DNA of 63,541 nucleotides, the filler included, from Octopus bimaculoides (lineage: Eukaryota), in NCBI RefSeq assembly GCF_001194135.2. It is 6 parts of 6 records of this genome, joined end to end, with 100 filler letters (N's around TTAATTAATTAA, not from the genome) between each part and the next. Parts side by side here need not be neighbours in the genome. Positions count along the whole stretch, not along the records: positions 4,821 to 17,647 come from NC_069007.1; positions 17,748 to 47,593 come from NC_068987.1; 4 more parts are not named here. One strand, written 5' to 3'. The stretch's first letter is position 1. Every line of letters starts with the position of its first letter. Below, piece after piece: positions 13,361-25,964 of the stretch. A program made the translations under genes and the position numbers. The notes beneath the pieces were generated by a model. That model saw nothing but the letters and a program-made list of their open reading frames with translations, ran no database searches and was not told where the DNA came from.

Positions 13361-13769
13361 GGCGTAGCTGCGTGGTAAAAAGCTTGCTTCCCAACAACAT
13401 GGTTCCGGGTTCAGTTCCACTACATAGTACCTTGGTCAAGTGTCTTCTACTATAGCCTCGGGATGACCAAAGCCTTGTGAGTGGATTTGGTAGACGGAAA
13501 CTGAAAGAAGCCCGTTGTATATATATATATTACGTATGTGTGCGTGCGCGCGCGCGCAGTGTGTGTCTGTGTTTGCCTCCCACTATCGCTTGACAACTGA
13601 TGCTGGTGTGTTTATGTCCCCGCGACTTAGTGGTTCGGCAAAAGGAACGTATAGAATAAGTACTAGGCTTACAAAGAATAAGTCCTGGTGTCGATTTCTT
13701 TGACTAAAACCAATTAAGGCAGTGCTCCAGCATGGCCGCAGTCAAATGACTGAAACAAGTAAAAGAATA
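13361..13769 (+). mobile_element. Family-A composite SINE, near full length
   Basis: ggcgtagctgcgtgg head, gggttcagttcc B-box region, core, (TA/TG)n, tail ending gaaacaagtaaaagaata. Confidence 0.9.
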
Positions 13770-13837
13770 TGTATATATATATATGTATATATATGGCATA
13801 ACTACAGTATATATAAATATATATATACATATATGAC

Positions 13838-14142
13838 GGACTCTCCTGTCGAAGACTACGTATAAGTGGTCAGCTTTTAACCTGAGTGGTCAGCAAATGA
13901 CCTGCACAAATGATTTGTTTATAGTGATCAAATATTCGTGCTGCAGATTAGCTTACCTTCTCAATAACGTCGACATTGTCTGAACAGGGGGTCGGTGGAC
14001 CACAAGTCAGGTGTTGAAGTGATCGGATAGCAGCGCGAGGTGACGTGTTTTGCTCAGGAATACAACGCACCACCGGGTCTAGGGATTGAAACCATGATCT
14101 AGCAATTGTGAGTGCAACACCCTAACCACTTGGCCATGCGCC
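13838..14142 (-). mobile_element. tRNA-derived SINE, family D
   Basis: Reverse complement head ggcgcatggccaagtggttagggtg; tail gactctcctgtcg; second copy at 14552-14846. Confidence 0.8.
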
Positions 14143-14182
14143 CTCTCTCTATACACATGCGTGTCTATACATACATACATGC

Positions 14183-14480
14183 TGAGACCCCCTTCGGTCA
14201 TGACTGACCATGGGATTGCACCTAGAAAGTTACCAGTCCGGGCACGATTGTTCATGGAAGACCAGCAGTCGTCCATATATACCAGCCTCCACTCTCCACA
14301 CAACTGATGTTATCCATGGGAAAGGCAAAGGGGCCGATACAGCTTGGCACCAGTGACGTCGCAACTCATTTCTACAGCTGAGTGAACTGGAGCAATGTGA
14401 AATAAAGTGTCTTGCTCAAGAACACAACACACAGCCTGGTGTGGGATTCGAACTCACAACCTAACGATCGTAAGTTCGAC
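14183..14480 (-). mobile_element. Family-C SINE
   Basis: ctcatttctacagctgagtgaactggagcaatgtgaaataaagtgtcttgctcaagaac is the reverse complement of the core at 7920-7980 and 24745-24800. Confidence 0.85.
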
Positions 14481-14551
14481 GCATCGTCTACCTGTCCGGA
14501 TGTCTTATTGTCGTCTGTTGCGTTCTTGTTCATTTTGGGGATTTATATATA

Positions 14552-14846
14552 ATGGACTCTCCTGTCGTTAGACGACATATGAGGTTTCGACAATTTCTTA
14601 CCGAACAACCACACAGATGATTTGTTTATAGTGATCAAACGTTTGTGGAGACATAAGCTCGCTCCCTCCATCAAATCGACATTACCTGTACAGGTGCAAC
14701 TGGGTGCCATATGTCAGATGTCGAAATGATCGTAGAGCAACGTGAAATGAAGTGCTTTTCTCAAGAACACAACGCAATGCCCGGTCTGGGAATCGAAACC
14801 ACGACCTGGCAATTGTGAGTGCGACACCCTAATCACTAAGCCATGC
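14552..14846 (-). mobile_element. Family-D SINE, second copy
   Basis: Colinear with 13838-14142 (gatttgtttatagtgatcaaa; caattgtgagtgcgacaccctaa). Confidence 0.8.
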
Positions 14847-15169
14847 TTATATATATGTAGCTGAAATTTACAGAAAAACAAAAGACGAAGACAGGTGAAT
14901 GAACAAGCATGTATATNNNNNNNNNNNNNNNNNNNNNNNNNNNNNNNNNNNNNNNNNNNNNNNNNNNNNNNNNNNNNNNNNNNNNNNNNNNNNNNNNNNN
15001 NNNNNNNNNNNNNNNNNNNNNNNNNNNNNNNNNNNNNNNNNNNNNNNNNNNNNNNNNNNNNNNNNNNNNNNNNNTATTGTATCGCCCCCCCCCGGGGGAG
15101 GGCGATACAATACTGCCCACGATGCCTGTAGAAGTTCTAAATATAATTTATGAAAACTCTGCATATTTT

Positions 15170-15990
15170 GGACAATCATTTCATTTTTATATTTCAACTC
15201 TCACAGCTCTCACCAACCATTCATCTATCCCTTGCTGCCGCACTGCCCACCAGACAAGGAACCGGAGAACCCTGTCAAAGGCTTTTTCCATGTCAGCAAA
15301 AGCCAAATACAGGGGTTTATTTTTGGCCAAGTACTTCTGCAGTTGCCTCATCAAGAAGATAGCATCAGTGGTGCTTCTACCTGGCACAAATCCAAACTGC
15401 ATCTTATCTACGCTATCTTCTTAATTGTGCTCTGACCCTTACTGTAATCTTCATCACTTGGTCAAGCAATTCGATACTTCTGTAATTATTTCTGTCTAAG
15501 GCATCACCTTTACCTTTGTAACAGTTGACCATAATGCTGCTACACCAATCATTGGGTATGACTCCACCGTGGACAACCTGATTAATTTATACGGGTGATT
15601 AGGCCATATCTCGCTCCATCAGATATTTTAAGCACCTCGGCAGTGATTCCCGATGGAATCTTCAGATCCTTAACTGTATTATCTACTAAACTACTGTCAA
15701 TTCGGATTGCCGACTCCACTGCTGGTTCCACATTAGGCAGATTCTCCTCTTCCCATGCATTCTTCACTTTTTATAGTGGCACTTTCAAGCCTCCTTCTTT
15801 GCAGAATCACTAACTGCAAGGGAGCCATCATCCATGCGAACACACTTCTCTTCAACAGTACCACTATTCTCTCTGACACACTGTCTAACAATCTGGTCCT
15901 CGTGCCACAGAACATTGGCAAACTTCCTCCTTTCTGCTTCTCCCCTTGCTAAGCATACCTGTCTTCTAGCCACCCTCTTAGCTACCTGAT
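15170..15990 (-). mobile_element. RTE/RTE-X LINE fragment (RT N-terminal half)
   Basis: MQFGFVPGRSTTDAIFLMRQLQKYLAKNKPLYLAFADMEKAFDRV; upstream PSGITAEVLK. Confidence 0.9.
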
Positions 15991-16040
15991 ATTGTTCTCT
16001 GCCACCACCATTCTATACATACATAAATACACACAAACAC

Positions 16041-16073
<33 letters not shown>

Positions 16074-16269
16074 TCAGAAGCAATACAGAGGTCTGAGAGT
16101 TTCGTACGTTAAACTCTCGGACCTTGAGTCACTCTGTTGCTTCTCTTAAATTTCAATAAAAAAGGTATTTGTGAATTTCCGTAAAAATTTTAAATTTCTT
16201 CACTCCTCTTTGGAAGGCGACATTTTCTCTAATCTGTGAGGTGAAAGAGAAGAGAAAGTGAAAGATGTA

Positions 16270-16830
16270 TGTACGTATATGATGAAATGGAAGTGTGTGT
16301 GTGTGAGAGAGAAAGAGAGTGCGAGTGAGTGAAGGTGTGTATTGTCATGCAAACATCTTTTTTATATGTGCGCGCGTGTGTGAGAGAGAAAGAGAGTGCG
16401 AGTGAGTGAAGGTGTGTATTGTCATGTATATGTAAGTGGCACTCTCTCTCTCACACACACTATCTTTCATATACACGTACATTCATAAATATATATGTGT
16501 GTGTGTGCATGTGAGAAAGAGAGTGTGTGAATGAAGATATGTGTTGTCATGTATGTATTTTTTGCATGTATGTGTAAGTGGCACTATCTCTCACAGACAC
16601 ACGTACACATTATCTTTCGTATACACGTACATACATAAATACATATGCATACATCTTTTTGTATGTATGTGTGCGTGAGAGAAAGAAGAGGAGAGAGAGA
16701 AAGAGATGTACGTGCCCGTGTGCGTGAGAGAGAGAGAGAGAGTCACTTGCACATACATGACAACACGCCTTCACGCTCTCTCTCTCTCTCTCACACACGT
16801 CCATCTTTCACTTTCTCCTCCCTTTCANNN
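16270..16830. repeat. Compound minisatellite built of ~70-bp GT/GA units
   Basis: gagagagaaagagagtgcgagtgagtgaaggtgtgtattgtcatg occurs twice, with further degenerate copies. Confidence 0.75.
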
Positions 16831-17747
16831 NNNNNNNTTTCACTTTCTCCTCCCTTTCACCTTCTTCTCTCCCTTCAAAGCAAGTGTCGGCTTATCACTT
16901 TCTCCTCTCTTTCAATTTCTGCTCTCACTTCAAAGCAACTGTCGCCGTCCAAAGAGGAGTAAAGAAAAAAAAAAATTATGTAAATTCACGAACAATCATC
17001 ATCTGATCTCATATGATCGAGTTTGACAACTCTGCTGTTTGTAACGAAAAAATACCAATAAAAATAGATCCGTGCGCGAGCGACTGTGTGTGTAAACATT
17101 GCTGCAGGAATTGAATTAGCATTCACACGGTAAAAGAAATTTAACACTTAATCAGCACTTAATTATTTCATTGTCAGGTATGACAATTAAATAATAATAA
17201 TTAAGACCTTTACCCACAACTCTTTTTTGCTCACGGAGTTAATGTTTATCTCATCGTCATTAAAAACAACCATGTTGCGTTTATCTCCTTCAATCGTTTT
17301 ATAACCCTGTGCTGTTGCTTATTAATCATTTTTGCTTCTGTTCTGCGAGGTTTGGTAACTTCCTCTCCTCACAAATAAACACCATATGCGAGACTTCAAT
17401 TAAGAATGAAAATTACATTAAGGTGTACTATCATGTAAATAAAAAAAAAAAAAGTTAGGTTTAAATAATAAAAAAAAAAAGTTTCTACCGCCTGATTTTC
17501 ATCAGAGACAACGAAATAAATAACGAAAATGTGTTGATAAACTGTTAAGTGATGTACTTTACTGAAAGCGCGGAAAAGTCTGTGGTTCCTTGCATGCATG
17601 CATCCATCCATACATACATACATACATACATATCCAGAGATTTCATGNNNNNNNNNNNNNNNNNNNNNNNNNNNNNNNNNNNNNNNNNNNNTTAATTAAT
17701 TAANNNNNNNNNNNNNNNNNNNNNNNNNNNNNNNNNNNNNNNNNNNN

Positions 17748-17799
<52 letters not shown>

Positions 17800-17828
17800 T
17801 GATGATGAGGATGATGAGGATGATGAGG

Positions 17829-17903
<75 letters not shown>

Positions 17904-18559
17904 GCACTATGACTACTCATCATTACAACTACTACCATGCCCATCAACAACGATCTCTCTCAACACTGTCATCGCCAGCCCTACCACCATTGCCATGGTT
18001 CTGATAATAACAACAATTACAGCCGTATCTACAACTTACACCGCCCACAACCTCACCATTGTCATAACCGCTATCACTTACGACTAAAAATATATAAGCA
18101 ACAACAACAACAATAGAAACTTTATACTTACCACAAAAACAACGCAGTGTAAATATTGTCACGGATTGTCCTACTAGAAACATCAACACTGTTTTCATCA
18201 CTCTGAACACCAACCACATCCACCATCTTGACAACATGAATATATGATACACAGGACATAATATATGATGATAATAATACTAAGAACATGGCCACGGCTA
18301 CGGCTACCGAACTCGACTACAACTAACAATAATACTAGCTGCAGCAAACACCAACAAACATTTTGCGATGATAGCATCCGAAGACAGCCCACCACCATTG
18401 CTACAACGTCTATAGACAGCAGCCATCGCCGCTCGCTACCACCTCTACCACTACCGCCGCCATCACCACCACTACCACCGCAACTACTACTACTAATACT
18501 ACTACTAGTCAGGTCTGTCAGTGATAGCCTTTGGCGTTCTATAGAGGTGTAGTGGCGGG

Positions 18560-18760
18560 CAGGAATGATGTCTCCGGGAAGCCCTGGGCATCGATGAGAA
18601 TCAAATAGTTAGTCTGTTCCGGCACCCATGGATAATTTCTACAAAGCTTTAGCCTGGCAGGCATTACAGGCTGGGGATGAACTCTACAGACATTGGAGTG
18701 CCATCAGCTGGGCCTGTCCGAAGAGCGCGCAGAGCCCACGAAACTGTTCTACATGCGCCC
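18560..18760 (+). mobile_element. Possible Penelope-like element 3' remnant (GIY-YIG tail plus decayed hammerhead)
   Basis: LREALGI (18572-18592) resembles the REALEI motif at the end of PLE GIY-YIG domains; ccgaaga...gaaactgt at 18718-18748. Confidence 0.35.
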
Positions 18761-19160
18761 ACAGTACTCGAACATTGCTGACTTGTAAGTTTATCTCGAA
18801 CACTTTCCGACAATCGGTTGAGTCCATTGGGAAAATATTTCACTTGCAAAGAAGTGTGAAGAGGGCAGTGCTGCCTTTCATGAAAATTGCTAAAGGGTGG
18901 ATGAATGTGGCAAGAATGGTCCGGTGAATGGTTCTGCTCTGAGAATGGTGTGAACTGAGAGAGGAGGATGAAGAGGAGGCATTTACCTTGTGCTCAGAGT
19001 GACATGGCTATGTGAGGTCTCCTCTCCCTTTGTGGAAATTTTTCTTGGATTGTCCTGTATTATCCTTTGTCTTTCTGTGAACCCTTTATGATTAAATACA
19101 GAAATCACATCATCATCACCATCATCATCATCATCATCATCATCACCATCATCACCATCA

Positions 19161-19210
<50 letters not shown>

Positions 19211-19251
19211 TTTGACTATATCTTCAGGAGGAGTTACCTCAATCCTTTCTA

Positions 19252-19321
<70 letters not shown>

Positions 19322-19462
19322 NNNNNNNNNNNNNNNNNNNNNNNNNNNNNNNNNNNNNNNNNNNNNNNNNNNNNNNNNNNNNNNNNNNNNNNNNNNNNNN
19401 NNNNNNNNNNNNNNNNNNNNNNNNNNNNNNNNNNNNNNNNNNNNNNNNNNNNNNNNNNNNNC

Positions 19463-20095
19463 TACACGCTCAAGGAAATGCTTAGCGGTATTTCGCCCGT
19501 CGCTACATTCTGAGTTCAAATTCCGCCGAGGTCGACTTTGCCTTTCATCTTTTCAGGATCGATAAATTAAGTACGAGTCGAGTACTGGGGTCGATGTGAT
19601 CGATTGTCCCCCTCACCGCAACAATCCAGGCCTTGTGCCTATAGTAGAAAGGATTATTATTACTATTAAGGCGGCGGGCTGGCAGAATCGTTATCACGCC
19701 GAGAGAAATGCTTAAATATCTGGTAAGAGGTCTCCAAATTCCGCTGAGGTCGACTTCGCCATTTATCCTTTCGAGGTCGGTAGAATAAGAAACAGTTGTG
19801 CACTGGGGCCGATCTAATCGGCTAGTCCCATCCCCCAGGATTTCCGGCCTTGTGCTTATGGTAGAAATGATGATAATTATTAATAATAAGGTAGCGAACT
19901 GGCAGAATCGTTAGCTCACCGGATAAATTCCTAACGGCATTTCGTCCGTCTTTACGTTCTGAGTTCAAATGTTGCCGAGGTCGACTTTGCCCTTCACCCT
20001 TTCGGGGTCGATAAAATAAGTGCCAGCTGAACACTGGGGTCGATGTAATTGACGAATCTCCTTCCCGCAAAAATGGCTGCCCTTGTGGAAAATTT
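19463..20095 (+). mobile_element. Three head-to-tail family-B SINEs
   Basis: ttctgagttcaaattccgccgaggtcgac-like cores at ~19508, ~19735 and ~19957. Confidence 0.85.
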
Positions 20096-20099
20096 TCAA

Positions 20100-20493
20100 A
20101 CTATTGAACAAGCAAGGCAGTTTCCCTTTGCCTGGTGGCTGTGGCAAAAGAAGTTGTTTGGCGGACAAGGCTGAAAGGCATGAGCACAGATACATCCCTC
20201 TTTGGTAGAACTCTCATTGACTTCTTCAAGTTTCACTTGAAAAAGAAATTGAAAGTGGGAGAGGGAAGTGCTGTCCTCAAGTGAGTTTATTGAGAAGTGA
20301 GTGAAAGTTGCGAAAGTGGCAAGAAAGACTGACACCTCTCTAAGTGTAGACTTGTGAGTAGGAGAGAAGGAATTGGAGCGGGCGCTTGCTCCTGGGATTT
20401 TTTTTATCATTTCATTATAAGTAAACCCCCACACTTCATGTTTGTCTTTGTATTGTCCCCCTCATCCTTCGCTCTTGCGGCAAATAAATGAAA
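20100..20493 (+). mobile_element. 3' end of an L1/Tx1-like LINE with 3' UTR and (TAT)n tail
   Basis: KEVVWRTRLKG...LIDFFKFHLKKKL, then AATAAA at 20483 and a (TAT)n run. Confidence 0.7.
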
Positions 20494-20547
20494 TTATTAT
20501 TATTTTCATTATTATTATTATCACCATTATTATTATTATTATTATTA

Positions 20548-20596
<49 letters not shown>

Positions 20597-20619
20597 CATC
20601 ATCATCATCATCATCATCA

Positions 20620-20683
<64 letters not shown>

Positions 20684-21239
20684 GATTTCCCCAAAGTTCT
20701 ACTCCTCAGGGATCTACCAATTATTTCACTTCCCTTACACGTATATCTTTTGCAGAAATGCATGAACTTCACAACATATCGTTCACTCGTCTCTTTGTTG
20801 TTTCTGTCTTATCTACAGAAACCGTTACTGTAGATGAGGTCACAGTAATGTGGTAGGTCGTACAGGCTCCTGATTAAGTTTTAGGGGAAGAGGTGGGGCG
20901 TATGACCTCTGTTTATGTTAGCTGTATGGGGGCTATTACATCGTTTTTCTGTCTTCATGGTAATTCTGCTGATATCCAGAGTCATGGTGAGTCGAACACA
21001 ACTGAAGTTCACGTGAGACCTGACTCGTGTTTATATTCACTGTGTGAGGACATCTGGTAATTTCTTTTTAATGTCAATACCATCCGTGGCATAAATATAA
21101 CAGCAGCAACAGCAGACACAGCAGCGGCAAGAGCAGCAGTAATAGAAGTAATAAAAGCAAGAAAGGCAGCGATAACAACAGCAACAGCAGTAGGAATAGG
21201 AACCGAAACAGGTCCATTGCTAACGTTACCATTTGCAAC

Positions 21240-21279
21240 CACCACAAATATCACCATCGAAATCGTCGTCATCATCACC

Positions 21280-21311
<32 letters not shown>

Positions 21312-21535
21312 CATCATCGTCATCATCATCATCGTCGTCATCGTCATCATCATCGTCATCATCATCGTCATCATCATCATCATCGTCATCATCATCATCG
21401 TAATCATCATCATCATCATCATCATCGTCGTCGTCGTCGTCATCGTCATCATCGTCTTCATCATCATCATCATCATCATCACCATCGTCATCATCGTCAT
21501 CATCGTAATCATCATCATCATCATCGTCATCATCG

Positions 21536-21573
<38 letters not shown>

Positions 21574-21581
21574 GTCATCGT

Positions 21582-21633
<52 letters not shown>

Positions 21634-22119
21634 NNNNNNNNNNNNNNNNNNNNNNNNNNNNNNNNNNNNNNNNNNNNNNNNNNNNNNNNNNNNNNNNNNN
21701 NNNNNNNNNNNNNNNNNNNNNNNNNNNNNNNNNNNNNNNNNNNNNNNNNNNNNNNNNNNNNNNNNNNNNNNNNNNNNNNNNNNNNNNNNNNNNNNNNNNN
21801 NNNNNNNNNNNNNNNNNNNNNNNNNNNNNNNNNNNNNNNNNNNNNNNNNNNNNNNNNNNNNNNNNNNNNNNNNNNNNNNNNNNNNNNNNNNNNNNNNNNN
21901 NNNNNNNNNNNNNNNNNNNNNNNNNNNNNNNNNNNNNNNNNNNNNNNNNNNNNNNNNNNNNNNNNNNNNNNNNNNNNNNNNNNNNNNNNNNNNNNNNNNN
22001 NNNNNNNNNNNNNNNNNNNNNNNNNNNNNNNNNNNNNNNNNNNCATCATCATCATCATCATCATCGTCATCATCGTCATCATCATCATCATCATCATCGT
22101 CGTCATCGTCATCATCGTC

Positions 22120-22164
<45 letters not shown>

Positions 22165-22330
22165 GTCATCGTCATCATCATCGTCGTCGTCATCGTCACG
22201 ACCGTTATTAGCATCACTACTGTCGCTACCATCACCATCTTCACTCCCCCGTCACCACCACATTCACTCTCAATCTCCACCATCACCAACGTCACCATCA
22301 TCCCTACCACCATCACTGTCATCACCACAA
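21240..22330. repeat. (ATC)n/(GTC)n trinucleotide tract spanning a gap
   Basis: Direct inspection. Confidence 0.95.
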
Positions 22331-22627
22331 CTTTCAACATCATCATCACCATCATTTCCACCATCATCACTACGGCGACCGAGCCTTTACGTAATCGCTT
22401 GACGCGCTTGATGTAGCAACCAACGAAATCTCTTGCCTTAAGAACAAAAAGTAAAAGAAAAAAGAAAAGTCACATTGGACAATGTGATGCATCATATACA
22501 AATAACCGGATTGGTCGTGGCTGGAACCCCTTTGATCGTAAGTATGCCTTGTCAGGTTCAGCATAAAGGAGAGCTAAAACAAGAACAGCTAATATAACAG
22601 TCCTCTACTAATAACTATCACATTCAT

Positions 22628-23860
22628 CATATCCACCTGCAACATCTACAAGCTATCACATCTACAAGCCATCACATCTACAAGCCATCACATCTACAAG
22701 CCATCACATCTACAAGCCATCACATCTACAAGCCATCACATCTACAAGCCATCACATCTACATGCCATTACATCTACAAGCCATCACATCTACAAACCAT
22801 CACNNNNNNNNNNNNNNNNNNNNNNNNNNNNNNNNNNNNNNNNNNNNNNNNNNNNNNNNNNNNNNNNNNNNNNNNNNNNNNNNNNNNNNNNNNNNNNNNN
22901 NNNNNNNNNNNNNNNNNNNNNNNNNNNNNNNNNNNNNNNNNNNNNNNNNNNNNNNNNNNNNNNNNNNNNNNNNNNNNNNNNNNNNNNNNNNNNNNNNNNN
23001 NNNNNNNNNNNNNNNNNNNNNNNNNNNNNNNNNNNNNNNNNNNNNNNNNNNNNNNNNNNNNNNNNNNNNNNNNNNNNNNNNNNNNNNNNNNNNNNNNNNN
23101 NNNNNNNNNNNNNNNNNNNNNNNNNNNNNNNNNNNNNNNNNNNNNNNNNNNNNNNNNNNNNNNNNNNNNNNNNNNNNNNNNNNNNNNNNNNNNNNNNNNN
23201 NNNNNNNNNNNNNNNNNNNNNNNNNNNNNNNNNNNNNNNNNNNNNNNNNNNNNNNNNNNNNNNNNNNNNNNNNNNNNNNNNNNNNNNNNNNNNNNNNNNN
23301 NNNNNNNNNNNNNNNNNNNNNNNNNNNNNNNNNNNNNNNNNNNNNNNNNNNNNNNNNNNNNNNNNNNNNNNNNNNNNNNNNNNNNNNNNNNNNNNNNNNN
23401 NNNNNNNNNNNNNNNNNNNNNNNNNNNNNNNNNNNNNNNNNNNNNNNNNNNNNNNNNNNNNNNNNNNNNNNNNNNNNNNNNNNNNNNNNNNNNNNNNNNN
23501 NNNNNNNNNNNNNNNNNNNNNNNNNNNNNNNNNNNNNNNNNNNNNNNNNNNNNNNNNNNNNNNNNNNNNNNNNNNNNNNNNNNNNNNNNNNNNNNNNNNN
23601 NNNNNNNNNNNNNNNNNNNNNNNNNNNNNNNNNNNNNNNNNNNNNNNNNNNNNNNNNNNNNNNNNNNNNNNNNNNNNNNNNNNNNNNNNNNNNNNNNNNN
23701 NNNNNNNNNNNNNNNNNNNNNNNNNNNNNNNNNNNNNNNNNNNNNNNNNNNNNNNNNNNNNNNNNNNNNNNNNNNTATCACATCTACAAGCCATCACATC
23801 TACAAGCCATCACATCTACAAGCCATCACATCTACAAGCCATCACATCTACAAGCCATAC
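22628..23860. repeat. 16-bp tandem minisatellite (ACATCTACAAGCCATC)n spanning a gap
   Basis: About ten contiguous units before the gap and about five after; no spacers. Confidence 0.95.
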
Positions 23861-24359
23861 CATCGCTATTAATTCCAAAACCGTCCCAAAGCAACTAGCA
23901 GTTTCTCCACTACACTACAACTAACAAAACAGCTAGATCATCTGAGCATCAGTCATTTTAATCTCGATCTCTTATTTCATGTACTAACTGGGTACTCTTT
24001 TACTGTTTTATTTTTTCACTCGTTTCAACCATGCGGTTGCGGACATGCTGGAGCATCACCGTGTTAGGTAGATTTTAATCCGCCGGTACGTTTACAAACG
24101 CCACCTAGTTTTAGAGAATCTTAAGCAGTGCTTCATTTAGTTCCAAATATTCTAAGCCTGGTTTTAATGCACTAAATATGACGTCCTCATTCTTCCCACA
24201 CGTCCCTTATGTTCTGGAAAAGGATCACAAGCAGTGTCTTCCCGTGTCTGACTAAACCATTAAAAAAGATGGTGGGTGTAGTTCCCGCTAGGTAGCGGTT
24301 AAAAACGAGTTTTTCATATAAAATGAAATGATTAGGAGATCTGATGACGCCTTAGTACA

Positions 24360-24476
<117 letters not shown>

Positions 24477-24520
24477 CTATCTATTTATCTCTCACTCTTT
24501 CTCCCTGCCTTTCTTTCTCT

Positions 24521-24552
<32 letters not shown>

Positions 24553-24664
24553 GTGTTTATATATATATAGAGAGATATATATACACATACACGTTTACGG
24601 ATAAATGAACAAATATATGCTTGTATGCACCGCCTGACATACATCATTGCATATGAATTTTGAA

Positions 24665-24990
24665 GGCGCATAGCTTAGTGGTTAGAGAGTCGAGCTTATG
24701 AGGTAGAGTTCGATTTCCGGACCAGGCTGTGTATTGTGTTCTTGAGCAAGAAACTATATTTCACATTGCTCCACTTCACTCAGCTATAGAAATGAGTTGC
24801 AGTGTCACTGATGCCAAGTTATATCAGCCTTTGCCTTTACTTTTGACATTATCGGTGGTGTGGAGAGGGCAGGCTTGTATGCATGGGCGACCACTGGTAT
24901 TCCATAAACAACATTGCCTAGACTTGTACCACAGAGGCGGAATTTTCTAGGCGCAATCTCATGGTCATTCATGAGCGAAGGAAGTCTTTA
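24665..24990 (+). mobile_element. Family-C SINE
   Basis: A box tagcttagtgg, B box gagttcgatttc, core gttcttgagcaagaaact. Confidence 0.8.
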
Positions 24991-25544
24991 TCCTTCTACC
25001 CTTTATGTTAACATGAGCTAAGCTACAGGGACACAGGCATATCAATACAGAGGTTGTAGATAATTTGGCAAAATCGTTTAGAGTATTGGACAAAATATCA
25101 CTGGTATTACAATAGGGGTCTTTATGTTCTGAAATCAAATCCTGTGGTGGTCAGCTTCCATCCTTACCAGTTTGATAATATAAAGTCCCAATCAAATATT
25201 GGGTTCAATTTTGCATTCATATAGAGCATTCTGTGTGTAAATGAAATTATGATAAAAAAAAAACTGAGACACACTGACGGAGCACCGCACACACACACAA
25301 GCACTTGCACACATGTACACAAAGACAAAAAACCATGACATATATGAGCCAACCAAAGCGGCTGCTATTCAAAAATTCGACCCGCTAGAAATAGTCAAAT
25401 TACTTCTCCCCACCCCCCAATCATACTCTGCTGCCCTTAAAAATAAAACATCAAAAAACATTATTGTAGACATAGCAAAGTCACGGCTAGTAATGAGTGG
25501 AAGGTCTTTATATAATATATATATGTGTGTCTGTGTATGTGTGT

Positions 25545-25642
<98 letters not shown>

Positions 25643-25964
25643 AGGCGCAGGAGTGGCTGTGTAGTAAGTAGCTTGCTTACCAAACACATGGTTCTGGGTT
25701 CAGTCCCGCTGCATGGCACCTTCGGCAAATATCTTCTACTATAGCCTCGGGCCGACCAATCCCTTGTGAGGGGATTTGGTAGACAGAAACTGAAAGAAAC
25801 CCGTCATATGTATGTACGTATGTATGTATGTATGTATGTATTCGTTTGTGTGTCTGTGTTTGGTCCCCCACCTTCGCTTGACAACCGATGCTGGTGTGCT
25901 TACGTCCCCGTAACATAGCGGTTCATCAAAAGACTGATAGAATAAGTACTAGGCTTACAAAGAA
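25643..25964 (+). mobile_element. Family-A SINE, 3'-truncated where the Tx1 fragment begins
   Basis: ggcgcaggagtggctgtgtagtaagtagc head, running to aggcttacaaagaa. Confidence 0.85.

Noticed and set aside
15640-15670. ctgaaga-ttcc[atcg]ggaa on the minus strand, hammerhead-like
   Set aside because: No GAAA follows, and it lies within RTE coding sequence (PSGITAE)
17478-17512. Minus-strand ctgatgaaaatcaggcggtagaaac
   Set aside because: Helix II is marginal, and there is no helix III, UH site or helix I
20680-20715. Minus-strand ctgagga...gggaaatcgt
   Set aside because: No credible helix II or helix I; it runs into a microsatellite
20819-20852. 34-bp exon-like segment (ETVTVDEVTVM) with a strong acceptor
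   Set aside because: Peptide is unrecognisable and too short to support without transcript data
22628-23860. Regular short repeats resembling a CRISPR array
   Set aside because: Units are contiguous 16-mers with no unique spacers, and the context is eukaryotic
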